Assembly (NCBI GenBank): GCA_038496445.1
Contig: JALMLS010000489.1
Coordinates: forward strand, 1 to 64,000
Length of the DNA stretch: 64,000 bases
Origin: Trichosphaerium sp. ATCC 40318
Lineage: Eukaryota > Protista > Tubulinea
Direction: 5' to 3'
The notes beneath the pieces were generated by a model, which was given only the letters and a program-made list of their open reading frames with translations, ran no database searches and had not been told where the DNA came from. The translations under genes were made by a program, and so were the position numbers. This document shows positions 39,950 through 53,761 of the stretch, in pieces (position 1 is the stretch's first letter; each line of letters begins with the position of its first letter).

Positions 39950-42217
39950 TTAGGTTTTATCTTGTATAGGTCTTTCGTCCTCACTGCTTGAAGACATTAT
40001 TCTTGGCATCATTTCATAAGGTGCTTCTGTAGATGTGTCTAACCCAACAAGCCTTCTTTGTGACTCACTAGGTGTAATAATACTAAAAAAACAAACATGT
40101 CAACAAAATGTCTTTTCTTTTTTCATGGAAAGTTCATGCACGTACTTTTGGTTAGCAGCAACTTTCCTTCCCCTTACAATAGCGAAATTGTATTTTATAG
40201 AATTAACAAAGTCTTGTTGACATAAGCAAGCAAGGAATAGTAAAGTACCAAGGCTTGAGGCGCATAAATTCTAAAACGTTTAGTATGTAAAAAACCCACA
40301 GCTTTGACATACAGATACACTCCACATGATTGGTTCAAGCTCACTTCTTGTAGGGCAATTACTGAGTCCTTGTAATTCACATGCTATCACATCTTCAACG
40401 TTTTGCTTGTACGAGTATTAGCCGTGGAAAAAGTATCAAAGAAAAGCAAAAAAAATAAAGTACCAGTTTTGCATCAACTATAGTGTAAGACACTATGTAG
40501 AATATCTCTAAAACAAGCAACACAAACCCATAGGATATAAGCAGAGCTAAAATACCAATTTGTAGAGAATAATCCAAACCAGAGTTAAGCTGTAGACTAT
40601 GTGTCAAACTATTTTTGTTCCCTCTTCTCTGAACAGTAGTCAGTGTCAGATTTTTTTTCTAAATCAATCTTTGAGTACCCGAATAATGAGGTACACCGAT
40701 AAGATGATAGAAGAAAAGCCTATAAAAAATACGATATTTACTGGTATTACTAATAAAGCAAGATAGTCCTCTTTGTCCGCTGGTTCAGAAGATACTTTAC
40801 AACAAATTAGTTTCCATGTTTTTTTTTCATATAAGACATACTCATGCAAATGTGGCTCGAATTTGATGCGTGAAAAAGGCCTTTACTAGCTGTAATAACA
40901 GTTAAGATTAACGTAATTATTATTGGTCCAAGGTAGGCAGCCCACTTTACAAGTGCTTGTGCTGTAGGGAAGAGAAGAACATATAAGTTCGACTAGAATA
41001 CAGTCATTATAATTATCAAATAGCAAACACGTACAAGAGCTGTTGTCATCCAGTAGAAATGGCATACAAATAACAGAGTATATGCTGTTGTACCAAATAG
41101 AATGCATAGATAATTCGCAGAGTTAACATCAGAGCGAAGCAACCCATCCCCATTGCATATTAAGTAGTTTCCTCCCCAACGAGATATACTTAGCAACAAT
41201 GATACTAGGAAAGCATTTTACTTTTGAGGCCTTATATAGAGATTGGGTATACGTACGGAAGGCGATCGATCCTGCAAGAAAACATAGGATAACAGTAGGG
41301 AATTTTCTATAAATCTTGTTCGATAACATTGTTGTTAATGTGAACAAAGATAAAATGAGGGATATTGGTGCAAGAATAAGATCAGACCAAAAACTAATGT
41401 CCCAGTATTTCTTACTCCATACAAGAGTATTAGGACAACCCCTATTATAGAATTAATGGTACACACCACTTGTATATTGAACATACGTTGTGCACACACG
41501 ATCTTCAGGACCAGCACTTGGATTATATTGAACAGGAGATCTACGGAACATTGTTAAAAAAACAATCCACGGCGACTCGATTAATCACGTGACACGCACA
41601 TGCAATCACTGTCTTTAATTATAGCTGATGTATTCCTTGTAATACAAGGAAATTTACCATCTACAGGATAAGCTGGTAGACCTAAAAAACGGTTACGAAT
41701 TTTGAAGCACACAAAAACAAACAAATGCTCACCCAACACAGTGTCAAGTTCTGTACAGTTAATTTTGACTTGCGGTTGAGCTTCAAAGAGATCTTTACAA
41801 GCGTCTAACACGTTTTCACACTCGCTACGACACGGGTAGAGTGGAAAACCTCCACCAGCTTTAAAATATTAATAAAGGGTTGAAAGCAGTGTGTACTAGC
41901 GTAGGGAATATCGTACCACCACAACCATTGAAGATGCGCATGCATGTGAGTTTTTTAATGGCAGAAGCACATATTGTAGAGAAAACGCCTCCAGCTGTTA
42001 TTCTATACTTATTTTGTGCGTAGGTAAGCACGGCAAATTCATTAAATTCTGTTTCGTTTGTATATCGCGTGTTAGGCTCGAAAACAGACTCTGAAGACGG
42101 TATAACGTTACTACAGAGGTTTTCGAGTAGCGGAAACTGTTTACACTCTCCAAATTGAGCATACACCGCTATACTACATGATAATACTACCATCAAAGTG
42201 GTTGTAGTGTATTGCAT
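39950..42217 (-). CDS. Frizzled/Smoothened-like 7TM receptor with cysteine-rich domain
   Basis: Signal peptide, then Frizzled-type CRD (CASAIKKLTCMRIFNGC..PCRSECENVLDAC..NC). TM region includes RKFPTVILCFL and CILFG..YW. Confidence 0.8.
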
Positions 42218-42510
42218 TGGTAGTGATGGCCAACAACGCAACTGTGCTGATACTATTTACTAGATCTACTATATACCGTTTGCGCCTTATATTGAGCGCC
42301 CTACTGTAATCTTTACCCAATAAACTACTATTTAACGTAAACTTAACCAATTGGACTTTTTTGGAAGCTTAATTATTGACTATTGGTAATATAGGTGCGT
42401 TATGTTTATACATAGTACAGTATTGGTGATGACAAATAAGCATCTTCAATAAAAGTTGACATCTCACCAAACTTGTTTGTTTTATCTACAGTAGCCTTTA
42501 AATGTAGCCA

Positions 42511-43350
42511 TTAATTTTTAGGTGGGTTTTCAAGGTTGTATTTGTCCAAAAGCTGCTTCTTGCTTTCCGCAAACGCCAAATCAATTTTCTTCTTTGCTTC
42601 ATTGTGTTGTACTAAAAACTCGCGTATCTCACGCTCTTCTTCTGGTTGTGATAGTTCACGTTGTTTAGCGCGCTCAAGCTAATTTTGTAAGACAAATCAG
42701 TACATTTTTTTTTATCAGTTACCTTGAAGTCATGTTCGCGGACTAGTTGTTCGTGTACACCTTGTCGCGTCTCTCTTGCTAAGAATAATCCATTTACTTT
42801 TCTACAGTTATAAAATGCGCTTTGTGTAGTACCTTTCGCGCTGAATTTATCTAAGTTGGCTTCTGCGACCTCCATAGTGTTTTTGGCATTTTGTATTGCT
42901 TCTTCGAGAGCGTTCTATCTTTAATAAGTACTGCATATCACGTTTGTTAGTACCCTGCACTGCTCAAGGGCAACAACGTCACTATTACCTCGACTCGTCT
43001 TATTTTGTTACTACAGCCTCGCTAACGCATTAGTACTTACCTCAAATTCTTTTAAAAACAATTGGGCTTCATTTCGAATATAAGTGCCATGATCGAAGTA
43101 ATAATCGTGTAAAAGGCCAATATCCTTCATTATTGATTGGAACGAACCAATTTCTATTCGCTTGGCGCCCTTCATAATCGTTTTCAAGAGTAAAATGTAA
43201 GTCAACAAAAATGTGTCAAACGGTGTTCCTTAAAGTTTGACAAAATGACATTTGGGAATAACTACTGATAGAAACCGAATGTGGCATAGCTTTTCATTGC
43301 ATAGCCCTCCCTTGGTACTTCAGATGGAGGATCTGTCAAGCCTTAGAAAT
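42511..43350 (-). CDS. hypothetical coiled-coil protein
   Basis: Helical coding exons (NALEEAIQNAKNTMEVAEANLDKF..., AKKKIDLAFAESKKQLL) with GT-AG borders. The start is not resolved. Confidence 0.4.
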
Positions 43351-43439
43351 GGGATGTCTTTTTTGAGGCAACCCAGTTTTCTCACTAAAGTGAAGGTAAT
43401 CTTGTATATTTTTGGTCCCACTAGAAAAGGGTTTTAAGT

Positions 43440-46400
43440 TTACACGTTTTCAATTCCCGAGAAGCTATCATCGATATCTTCTTGTTCTTCGAAATAGCCC
43501 TAAAAATGCAAATGATTAGATATTTTGATGACTTTTTAGTTGTTTTTGTACTCTGGAAGTATATTCATCGGCTGTTGTTTTCAATACATGAGCAACACGG
43601 TCTGGTAAATGATCGAGTATCATTGATTTAGAAATAATTATTTGTCTGCAGTAAACATTGTGGTTAGTGTTGTTACCTTTGATTGCAAAAGCTTTTAAAA
43701 AATCGCGTACGAATAATCTGTGCTTGAAACCCACTGTGCCTAGAGAAGATGGATATGTTAATAAAAACTACTAATTATTGTAGATGTATACATTATTTCG
43801 ACAAATTTATACGTTAACGTACTTTAAATTGCTCTTTTTTTGTTAGGAAAGATAGTTTCTTATTAGAAACGAAGTATGATAGGACTTTTCCTGGAGGCAC
43901 TAAAGGAACAACCAAGCTTGAGGAGAATATCAATATGTAACAAGCAGGATTTAAAAGTGTAAAGAGAGTACATACCTTGCAGTATCGTTCGAAGAGAGCT
44001 CTTGATTACTTTAAGAAAGTAAAAAGGTCAGAAAAAAAGAAGAATTGTTTGAAATTATGTACCGTGTCAACGCTGTATCTTCTTGAGCTTCTGTTAGACT
44101 TATTTCAGCAGTATCAGCACAAGGAAGAACGACTCTAGCAAATAATCCGTATTTGCTATATTTACATAGATGTGATTCTGTTATCATATCTGACTTAAGT
44201 TTCTCAAGCGTGTCAATGCTTACTCTATATTAAACAAGAATGTTAGTGACATTCCCAATAAACTACACATTCTAACCTTGGCACAACATCTTGTCCTACT
44301 ATAACACTTGTTATAAAGTCCTTACAGTAAGCAGAAGCTTCTACATTTAATACACTAGGTGGAGAGTACGCTATACATCTCAGCTTACAGGTTGTAAGCT
44401 GTATGAAACGTGAGACGAATCGTACCTGAGGGTATCGAGGCTTTAGTTTGACAGCCAATAGAGCTGCAGCGCCAGCACCCAAACTATGTCCAGTTACGAG
44501 AATTTCATAATCTTTATATGGGGTCTGCTGCATAAGTAGCTCAAGGTGACCTCTGGTATCTATATCTTCCATAACTTTATCAGCAGCTTTTGTTGTTTCA
44601 TTAGCATTTTACAGAAGTACGACTAAGATAACCGACCGTACCCATTAGCATGCCTTCATGAGCGTAACATGTAAAATCAACATCGTAATCAAATTCTTCT
44701 GGTTCACCGGTAGCATCAGTAAGGCAATCTTTAAGTGATAAGGTTCCACGAAGTGACACAACTACAGCTTTTTTCTTATGATCTGCTACAATGAAATCTA
44801 AAAAAATAGTTAGTTTGCACTGTTGACCAGAAAATAAAGTAGTAATAGTACATGGAGTGTAGTAGAGTTCGTTCTCAAAGCATACCTAAAATAGGAATGT
44901 AAATAAAAGAGAAGTAGAGCAAATCAAGCCTGGTATACATACGTGTACTATCTCAATAGTATGATCAATATTAAGTTGTTTCTTAAAAGCAGTAAAATTA
45001 CAATAGCAACAATTGTCACCCTAAAAATGATCTTTAGAATGTGATAATAATGTACAGGTATACATACAGTAACACGATTATCAGGGTACCTACAAAGGCA
45101 GCCACAGAAACCTTGAGTGTTTAAAAAGTAAGCAAACACTAAACCATCATTATTACATTACCTAGTTTGAATAACCCAGTGCACAGATTCATGTACATAT
45201 ACAAAGGCCATCCGTAAGCACTTAATGCATACTTTGCAAAGTAATTAACATCATGAACAACACTTGCTTCAGCAATATTAGCTGTTGGATCGTGTCGTTT
45301 TGCCTGTAATTAAATAAGATTACCTATCTTAACTGCTAAACAACGTACTGTTTGTCTTTGTTTTGCTCTCATAATAATTAAAGCTGCAGCAACATCAGAT
45401 GGTACAACATCAACACCTTTAAAAAAACTAGCAAATATTTGTCCAACTTCAAGAAAGACTGATCTCTCCCTTCCCTAACGTTTATTTACGTTAGCACTTA
45501 ATCACGTGATATGAAAAAACAATTTATGACATGATTCAGTGTACGTAAATATTTCACGTACTTGTAAGCCGGCACAGCAACAAAAGCATTGGCCTGTTTA
45601 CACAAAACTATGTCAGAAACTTTACACTAATAAACTTGTGTTTCAAAGAACGTACAGAATTTACGCCACTTTGTTGCGTTTTTTTTTAAGTTTTCTGATC
45701 TTGTAGGACCAAAAAAGAATGTGAATACGAATACAAGTGTTATTAAAAGTGATAGACCACTACCACCAAGAACAACTCGTAGAATAGTGAGTGATTTTTT
45801 CTGGTTGTCTGAGCAGTTGTTGTTTTGTATGAATAGCCAGTATACGCCTATTATGAGTTGTGAGCGTATAGTCAGACTACTTAACAAGTACCCAAGAGAG
45901 CCCAAATTAGTTCACATACAAGAGATACGCTGTGAAGATAACTTGAAGAGTTAAGTGTCATGAAAAATTATGTCACAAGTTTTTTATAGTTAATTGTGTA
46001 CTGCTTGGTCTAAATGGTGGATACAGGAAGTATACTATTTTCTCACGCTTGTGTGTTTCTAGTAGTGCACCTTGTAGGGATATAATACCAATTGCCGTTG
46101 TGAGAATAAAAGATATCGCGTAAATAACCATGGCGCCTATTATATACGTCTTGAATACGTTTTCTATACAATTCATTATAAATGTGCGTTCATTAGTCTG
46201 AATAGTGTTGAAACGTACTTGCTGAGCATTCAAAGTTCAGTGACGTAAATACAACTGCGAGTGTAACGAAGCTGTGCGTGTTAGTGTATTGTAACGGTAT
46301 TAACACGAAAACGTACCATATTAATCTAAAAAGTGCTGCAACGAAACCAGGTACTACAAAGTCATCCGTTCCTGGTAGTTGCGTTAGTTACATAAAAGAA

Positions 46401-46463
46401 GCGCATTAACAAAGACGACGTACCTATAAGCCACCTCTTACCGAACAACCTTAGCGCTGGCAT
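43440..46463 (-). CDS. sn1-diacylglycerol lipase (DAGL-like)
   Basis: MPALRLFGKRWLIGTDDFVVP start typical of DAGL, 4 TMs, DVVPSDVAAAL, SLRGTLSLKDCLTD, GHSLGAG, DVVPR and MILDHLP. Confidence 0.92.
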
Positions 46464-46576
46464 GTTGTAAAAGCGTATTACGTCAACCCAGTATTAAGTA
46501 CGCGATCAAAAACGGACTATTTTTGTAACTTAACCTGCTTTTCCGCCCTTGATACGCTATAACGCGTGATGACTTG

Positions 46577-48545
46577 ATGATGAAAGCATGTAAAGAGTGT
46601 AGAAGGAAACACATAAAGTGTGACAAGAAAGCGCCATGCTGTAAGTGTTCGTCTAGCATTAATACAAGAATTGACCCGGTGTCAAGTGAATTGTACTAAA
46701 TCGAAGTTACAATGTGTTTACGAGACGCTAAAACCGAAAGGACGGAAAAAAGGACAAGGTACTAAACAATACAATTCTAGTGGTTCGTTACGCATAATAA
46801 ATGCTGTTGGTGCCTCGTAGAGATAAATACAATAATAACATATTAAAGTCGTTACAAAATCAGCAGAGTGTACTAAAAGTACAGTGGTAGGTTCCAATCA
46901 TAGCAGACTAAAGAATAAAATCGATAATCTTGAAAAAGCGATAGCTCTAGAGAAGCAAACTCAAAAATCACTTAGGCAAACAATCATGGACTCTTACGGA
47001 CTGTCAAACACAAGACAATTAAAGAGAAAGCATTTTGTGAGTACTAAAAACAGTAGTTTAGCTGTAGCAAGTATAAAAATACGCAACTGTTGCACGTGTT
47101 TTCCAAAAAGGCAGAAAAGGATAATTCTTATTTTTCGTTTAGAACAATGCTTTCTCTCTTTCTACAGCTCGTTTGAACAATGCTTTCAATATTAGAAGTT
47201 GTATAGATAGTTATAGTGGATTTATAGGGTCGGACATGCCTACGTTTGCGCTGCCTAGTGCAGCTTATGATCTGGATGACTTTATGAATCGAAAAGGTAG
47301 CAAAAAACTTTCTATTTCAAGCACTAAAGGAGCGCTTTAGTGACCTCTCGTAATTTACAGACGTATTCAATATTGGCAATGCAACAGCTATGTTACAAGA
47401 ATAAGGCAAGGGCTAGAGATTTCGGTGAGTTTGCATTGAAGTGTCACGAACGGCTTGTAAACAGACCTAGTTATGATACAGCAGGTACTTAACAAACTAA
47501 TTTGACAGTAAAAAGTAATGACTATTAGTTGGTATGTTATTGCTTGCAATGTATCTTGTAGCAATAGATGATGAAGTTATATCAATGAAATGTATATCTT
47601 TAGCTTCTGATATGTGTACTTTTCTACAAAGGGTACAAAAAGTAAAACCAGGTATTCTGATAGTTTTTTTTGCGACACAATTAATTCTGACATCTGTTTT
47701 GATAGACTCACAGAGGAATATATCAAGAAGTAACACGCTAACAAATACAGTCAAGACCCTAAATATGAGGTTGATACTAGCTCAAGGTAGTCGGGAATCA
47801 ACAGAGAACTTTATAGCAACCTCGAAATGGGTAAGAGCTTGTCTTTTGACTATACAAGAAGATATTCGCAGAAATGTTCTGACTTCACAAGATATTGTTG
47901 TGCTGAGGAATATTCTTGAGATGTTGGCCGTTGTTGAGGTACACATTATCACTCTTGGTCATGTGTTAACGTTTTATTAGGCTGAGCTATGGCAAGCTGA
48001 AAGAAATATGGAGATGTACAACGCTAGCTTAAGCCATATTAAAGAAGCGATAGCCTTTGGTGCCGCTTATGAGAGTTCTTTGCCAATGAATACTTTCTAT
48101 TGTCATGCAGCTGCTACTAGAGTATTCGAGAAACTTGGCCTTGAAGAAGAATCCATCAAATCAGCTGATTGCGTCGTTTCAAGTCCAAGTCTAGTATCCG
48201 GCTTGGCACATGACACAGTTTATCCTTTTGTTGGTTTTGCTATTGGTGAAGCTTTTCGGACCTATGGGACGTACAAGCTTTATGCTAAGGATACTACAAA
48301 TGCTGTAGCTATGCTACATAAGTTGAGTCATAGCTATCCCTTGATTGCTAATAACCTACACGTGCGTTATTTTGAGAAAAGCCAAATAAAGAAAGTACAG
48401 AAAAACTAATTTTTCTTTTTTATAGTTGCTGTCAGTGGGAGCACCAACAAAGCTTTGTCCTGTTGAGCATATTGCCACATTTCAAAACGTTCCTGCAGAT
48501 GATAGTAACGATGTATTGGATGGTTGGCTGGAGATGGGTATTTAG
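46577..48545 (+). CDS. Zn(II)2Cys6 (GAL4-type) transcription factor
   Basis: Spliced N-terminus MMKACKECRRKHIKCDKKAPC|LNCTKSKLQCVY, then a basic linker, a coiled coil and a helical C-terminal region. Confidence 0.85.
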
Positions 48546-48748
48546 TAGTACTGTTGTAAATTAGAGATAAAAAAGAAGCTTACAATAAGCATTCCTGACA
48601 TCCAATGCTCGTTTCTTGTTTGTTAATCGTTGTGTTTGTTAGTAAAGTATTCTAAAACCTTGTGATAGGGTCTCGAAAGAAAATGAAACCAGCCGTTCAA
48701 CGTGAGTCTGTTTAAACAGTAAATGCATGCGCAGGTCACTCCATAGTG

Positions 48749-49982
48749 ATGGCAAGTCCTCCGCGTCTACTTTTTTGGCGTGCTATTAAACTAAAACGGT
48801 AACCCGCTATGGACATTATAAGTACCAGCGCATTACTAAGGATTTCGAGGCGGGGTACGTATTTTATGAACTTGGAGTGAATTAAAGAACTTAGTAACAA
48901 TTGTGTAGCCAGAGCCTTAAAAGCGGTCCCTGTACCTCCAAAAAAGCTTAATGAATCCGATAAACGCGTAATAGAGCGTATTGCTAGTAAACTCGAAGTA
49001 AAATTATTAGATGATTGGTACACTGTACGCCGGCGGCAGTTTGACGCGATGGGAGGCAAGTACATTACAGCAAAGTACGTTAACCGCCGACTGTTCTTTT
49101 CTTGGTTAAAAACCAGCTAACAAGCTTCAAGATACGATGGTTCTATTATGGGTGTAGTGCAAATGGCGTATCCTAAGTACCCTTGGGAATTAGCGAAGTT
49201 CAAGCACGTGCCTAGAAACTTCTGTGTTGGGATTAATTTTTTTCTTGGCAGATTCAAAGCTTTGGGTCATTGGGAGTTAGAAGATAATCAAAAGGATATG
49301 TTCTTGGTTGCTGGACAAAAACTTGGCTTTAAGACGATGGATGATTGGTATGGTGTAAAGTCGAAAGACTTGGCTCCAATATGTGGTAGTATATTGAGCT
49401 TGAAGTACTTGATATTTTAATTTTTGTTTGTCATGAAATACTTTTATGTCTGTTTAGATATGGAGGTAGTATTACAAGAGCTCTATCTTCAGTGTTCTCC
49501 AATTATATATGGGATCCAGATAAGTTCTTCTACAGGTTGTTCGTCTATTACAAGGCTTGGATTCTGACATATTGTAGGAGAAAGCGTACTTGGAGCACGT
49601 CTGCACAGATCAAGTTTGTGAAAAGTTTAGAACCCGCTCTTGATATAAGACAAGCATCCGATTGGTATTAGTTTGTTTAAAACGCTGTAGGTATTTATAA
49701 TTAACATGTTTATTATAGGCATCGTGTTTGTTATGAACAAATACTCGATCTTGGCGGAGCTGGAATAGCCCATTATTATCCTTATGTTTTAGAAAAAGTT
49801 TACCCTGAGACTGATTGGAATTGGTCTGCCTTTCAGAAACATCCAAGGTCAAAACAAAGGTACCAAGCTTTTAGAATATACTATGTTATACCGTACAAAA
49901 AAACTGCAAGCTGATTATTGTTTGTAGAGTCTTAAAAACGGGAACCAAAGTTCTATTCCCAAAAAACTCTGTTGTAAATTAG
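48749..49982 (+). CDS. 'DWY'-repeat protein (three repeats, no nuclease domain); putative mitochondrial presequence
   Basis: N-terminus MASPPRLLFWRAIKLKRISRRARALKAV (includes a 14-nt microexon). Repeats LLDDWYTV..GG..YDGSI..AYPKYPW; TMDDWYGV..YGGSI..VFSNYIW; ASDWHRV..GG..VYPETDW. Confidence 0.75.
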
Positions 49983-50401
49983 TTGTAAACAATAAAGTCT
50001 GTTCAAAAGATTGGTCATCTTAGTTTGATTCTTAGCTGCATCAGGTGCTTGAAAGTATATCAAAAGCAAAGAAAACTGTTTGTCTATGAACTTTGACACC
50101 TAATTATCACATGTAGACTTGCAAAGAAATACACACTATTGTTGACCAAACTCAGGTTGAGTTCTTTCTTTAGCGTTTAAACTCCCACAAGTGTCAGCGT
50201 GCATTCTTATAGAGGCGTTTGGCTATGGGTGGTCAGGCTGGCACTTGCTGAATTATTACGTTTATTTTCGAGTAGATTATTTGAGTGAAGAGCGTTTGTT
50301 CACGCGAAATACTTGATCAATCAAATTCTGTTCAGAAAATTCAGCTTCTGCTAACAACCACGGATCACAAATTTTCAAACAACATTTGATAACCCAACGC
50401 A

Positions 50402-51558
50402 ATGGCACAGCCATTCGTGGTTCCGAATAAATGCTCTACGGCAAGGAAAGACTACAGCGAAGAGAGATTAAAGATGTTTAATACCCTATCTATCGATGGG
50501 ATAAAGGTAAAAGCTAAAATCAACCCCCGTGCCAAACTACTTCTTCGCTCATTGTTGTTTACAGGGCGTTTTTGATAAACAAGGGTATTGGGAAAAAATG
50601 AAAGAAACAAATAGCAATCTACTACCAACATATGAAAATATGGACCATCCTAAAGTGAAAGTAGGCGACGAAGCGCCAGGAGGTCGAGGTACGTCACGTG
50701 ACTTCACGTTTTTTTGAATTTTTGAGATTACTCAATTTTGTCCTTAGTGTTTGACCTGAATGGTAAAGAACTAGACTTTAAGAAGCTTATTGCGCGTGAT
50801 AAACCTGTCGTTCTCAACTTTGGAAGTTACACGTGGTCAGTACTTAATTCTCCTTGGGTTTTTTTGAAGTTTTTTTATTTTGGGTTTTCAGATTAGTTCT
50901 TACTATTTTACAGACCCCCATTCCGCCTGCATCTTGTTGCAGTATCAGATATAGTAGCGAAATACGCTGCTAAGGTAATTAGAAAGGTCACCTGTTAGAT
51001 ATTTATTATTAACACAGAAATAATAGGTAGATTATCTGGTAGTGTACATTGTGGAGGCACACTCAACTGATGAGTGGCACGTGACAACTAACGATAACGA
51101 TGGCGTATGTTACCTTCAACCAAAGACTTTGGAAGCCCGTATGGATATTACCAAGGTAATAATTTATTCCTAATTTTAGCACTTGTTTCTTTTGCAAAGA
51201 AACGCAATTATGATGATTGTAGTTGTGGATTTACTTCATATAAAACTACCTGGCTAATGGTTTTGAAGGATATGATTAACGAACTATCACTAAAAGATGA
51301 TGTTGTTGTTGATTGCATAGAGAACGAAACAGACGAAGCTTGGGAAGCCAAACCAGAGGTACAGTCAGAATAATCGCGACTTCTTTAACAAAGTTTCAGA
51401 GACTTTATGTTGTTGATAAGGGAATGATAGCATACCAAAGTGGTATTGGACCTTTCGGGTTAGTACTTTTGTTGAACTAAAAAAGAAATTCTAACTGTTT
51501 TACTTCAAGGTACAACATCGAAGAGCTTGAAGAGTTTTTGAAACAAAAATACTCATAA
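50402..51558 (+). CDS. iodothyronine deiodinase-like selenoprotein
   Basis: Motifs VKVGDEAP, KPVVLNFGSYT-U-PPF (UGA = TG 50834-50835 + A 50914), VVYIVEAHSTDEW, VVVDCIEN, PERLYVV and GIGPFGY. Confidence 0.93.
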
Positions 51559-51596
51559 AGAAAGAACCTACTTTCTTTTTTACATAGAAAACACAT

Positions 51597-51688
51597 TGAT
51601 GTCGTTGTTGTAATGGTGAATTGCTCTTCGTTAAACCCTCAAAACAGGGATGAAGAGTGATGAAAAATAAAACACAACATTGACGTCA
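51597..51688 (+). promoter_or_regulatory. type II SECIS element
   Basis: GUGAA core at 51616-51620. 11-bp helix UUGCUCUUCGU/AUGAAGAGUGA, unpaired AAA at 51633-51635, CCCU/AGGG mini-stem and UGAA at 51661-51664. Lower helix gaugucguuguugu/acaacauugacguc. Confidence 0.92.
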
Positions 51689-53761
51689 CGTTGAAACTGT
51701 CTCATTCTGCTTCTCTTTAGCAAAACACTTGTGATTACGCAGTGTTGGTATTTTACCACATAGACATTGCGTTTTCGATTGTCAAGTACATAAGCACCAC
51801 TTTGGGAAATAAAAAATTTTTCGGTTTTAGCCATTTTTACTTGTATTGACAACTCAGTGGTAACAATGAGCAAGCAATATGGAATCGCGTTATTGATATG
51901 TTGTCTTTGTATGTCACTATCAAGTACGTAAAAACTGCTTCAAAACAATTAAAAAACCGCCACATTCTTAAAAAAACTCACAAGCGCTCGCCCAAAACGT
52001 TGAAGGGCTTCCAAAGTCTCTAGAGGTTAAAAGTAACCTCAAGTACTCTTTTATCCTTGAAGATGATCCATCGAAGGCCTGCAAGTACATGGAAGAGCCT
52101 TGTGCAGATCTAAGCGATATTTGGTAAGATAGATCTTTTTGTACAATTTTCCATATTCGACATCACGTGACTTGTTTTCTAACTCAAAAAACAAAGGGGT
52201 TACGATTTTGAAGAGGATGGTGTCACTCATTACTTTGCTATTGTTGGTGTGACTAACGGTGTTGATATTGTAGATGTGACAAACCCAACTGAACCAAAAC
52301 GAGTCAAGTTTTTGAAAGGATGTATTAACATGTGGAGAGATATGAAAGAGTGCGTATTGTGTTTATTACCGACGTATTCAATGACGAAACTGGTCGTTGG
52401 TTAACGGTGTGATGTAGTTATGGCACTACTATCTATGGTATTTCTGAGTACACACAGACATGCGCATGTCCTGAAGGTAACGTTAGCTGCGTTACAATTG
52501 CTGACGTATTTTACCAAGGCACACCTTGTTTGGAACACATGGAAATTACTTCACCACCTGAAGTTGCAGGAACATACCAAATGACTGAAGGAAGACAAAC
52601 ACCTCAACTTGAAAGAGTTGGTCCTATCGTACGCAAAATATGTCTCATTTTTTTTGGTGCTAATTTGATTGTAAAGAATGGCAAACTCGTATCCGCTGAA
52701 CCACGTGATGACAAAGCATGTGATTTTATTTCGAATGGTGTTGAGCTTTTAGGAAATATCGCTATTATTGATGCTGGTGATTGCGGTTACGCAATTAAGA
52801 TACTCAATGCCCAAAACGCTGGTAGCGCTCATTATATTAGTCTGCTTTAGGTAGCAGATCTTCTAACGATTTCTGCTCCAGGTGCTATTGCTGTTGTCAT
52901 ACATAACGATAAAGATGATATTATCTACCCAGGTATGGGTGGTTGGATAGTGTACCATGAAAATATAACCATCCCAGGTACACGCATTAATTCCAGGTCA
53001 ATGATTCTAACATATTTTTTCTTGTCAACAGCCGTTATGATTGGTTTAGATGATGGTGACTTACTCCGTCAATATGATGGCGTAGAAATTGTTCTTGATG
53101 CTAGCAACAGAAACTTTTCTGATTTATTTGCTCCTCCTGAAGGCACGTGATATTTACAAAGCTATAGAGCGTGAAGATATGAACTAACTTTTTTGTTTAA
53201 AAGGAATTACAATTATCGACATGTCCGATCCTTGGGACCCAAAGATCAATCAAACGTTTACAGATCAATTTATGCATTCTCACAATGTCTATGTTGAAGA
53301 AGATAGACCTTTTATGTATGCTAATGCCTTTATCGTTAACATACACCTGATTAACATAACTTCTTTTTTTAAGGTATGTTTGTGGTACTTCAAATGGAAT
53401 GTACAAAGAAGTGCAGAATCATGGAATTACGTGGCAAACGGCGGATTGGTCATTTATGATGTCAAAAGTATGATTCCACAATATCTTACAGAGTGGAATG
53501 AGACATACATACACGATATGATGGTATGTAAAAGACGGAAAAATTATATAAGGTGGCTTACACAAAAAGGTAAAAAAATGTGGTGAGGTGTACTATCTCT
53601 ATGGTGCTGCCATATCAGATGACGACATTTATGTCTGGGATGTGACAGATCCACTTAATATGGTCCAAGTTCTGCGCTTCCGAGGTACAGTTTAGCACGT
53701 GCACACTTTTCTGTAATTTAGCATAGCGTATTTGAATTTCTGCTTTTTAACCGTTTTTATC

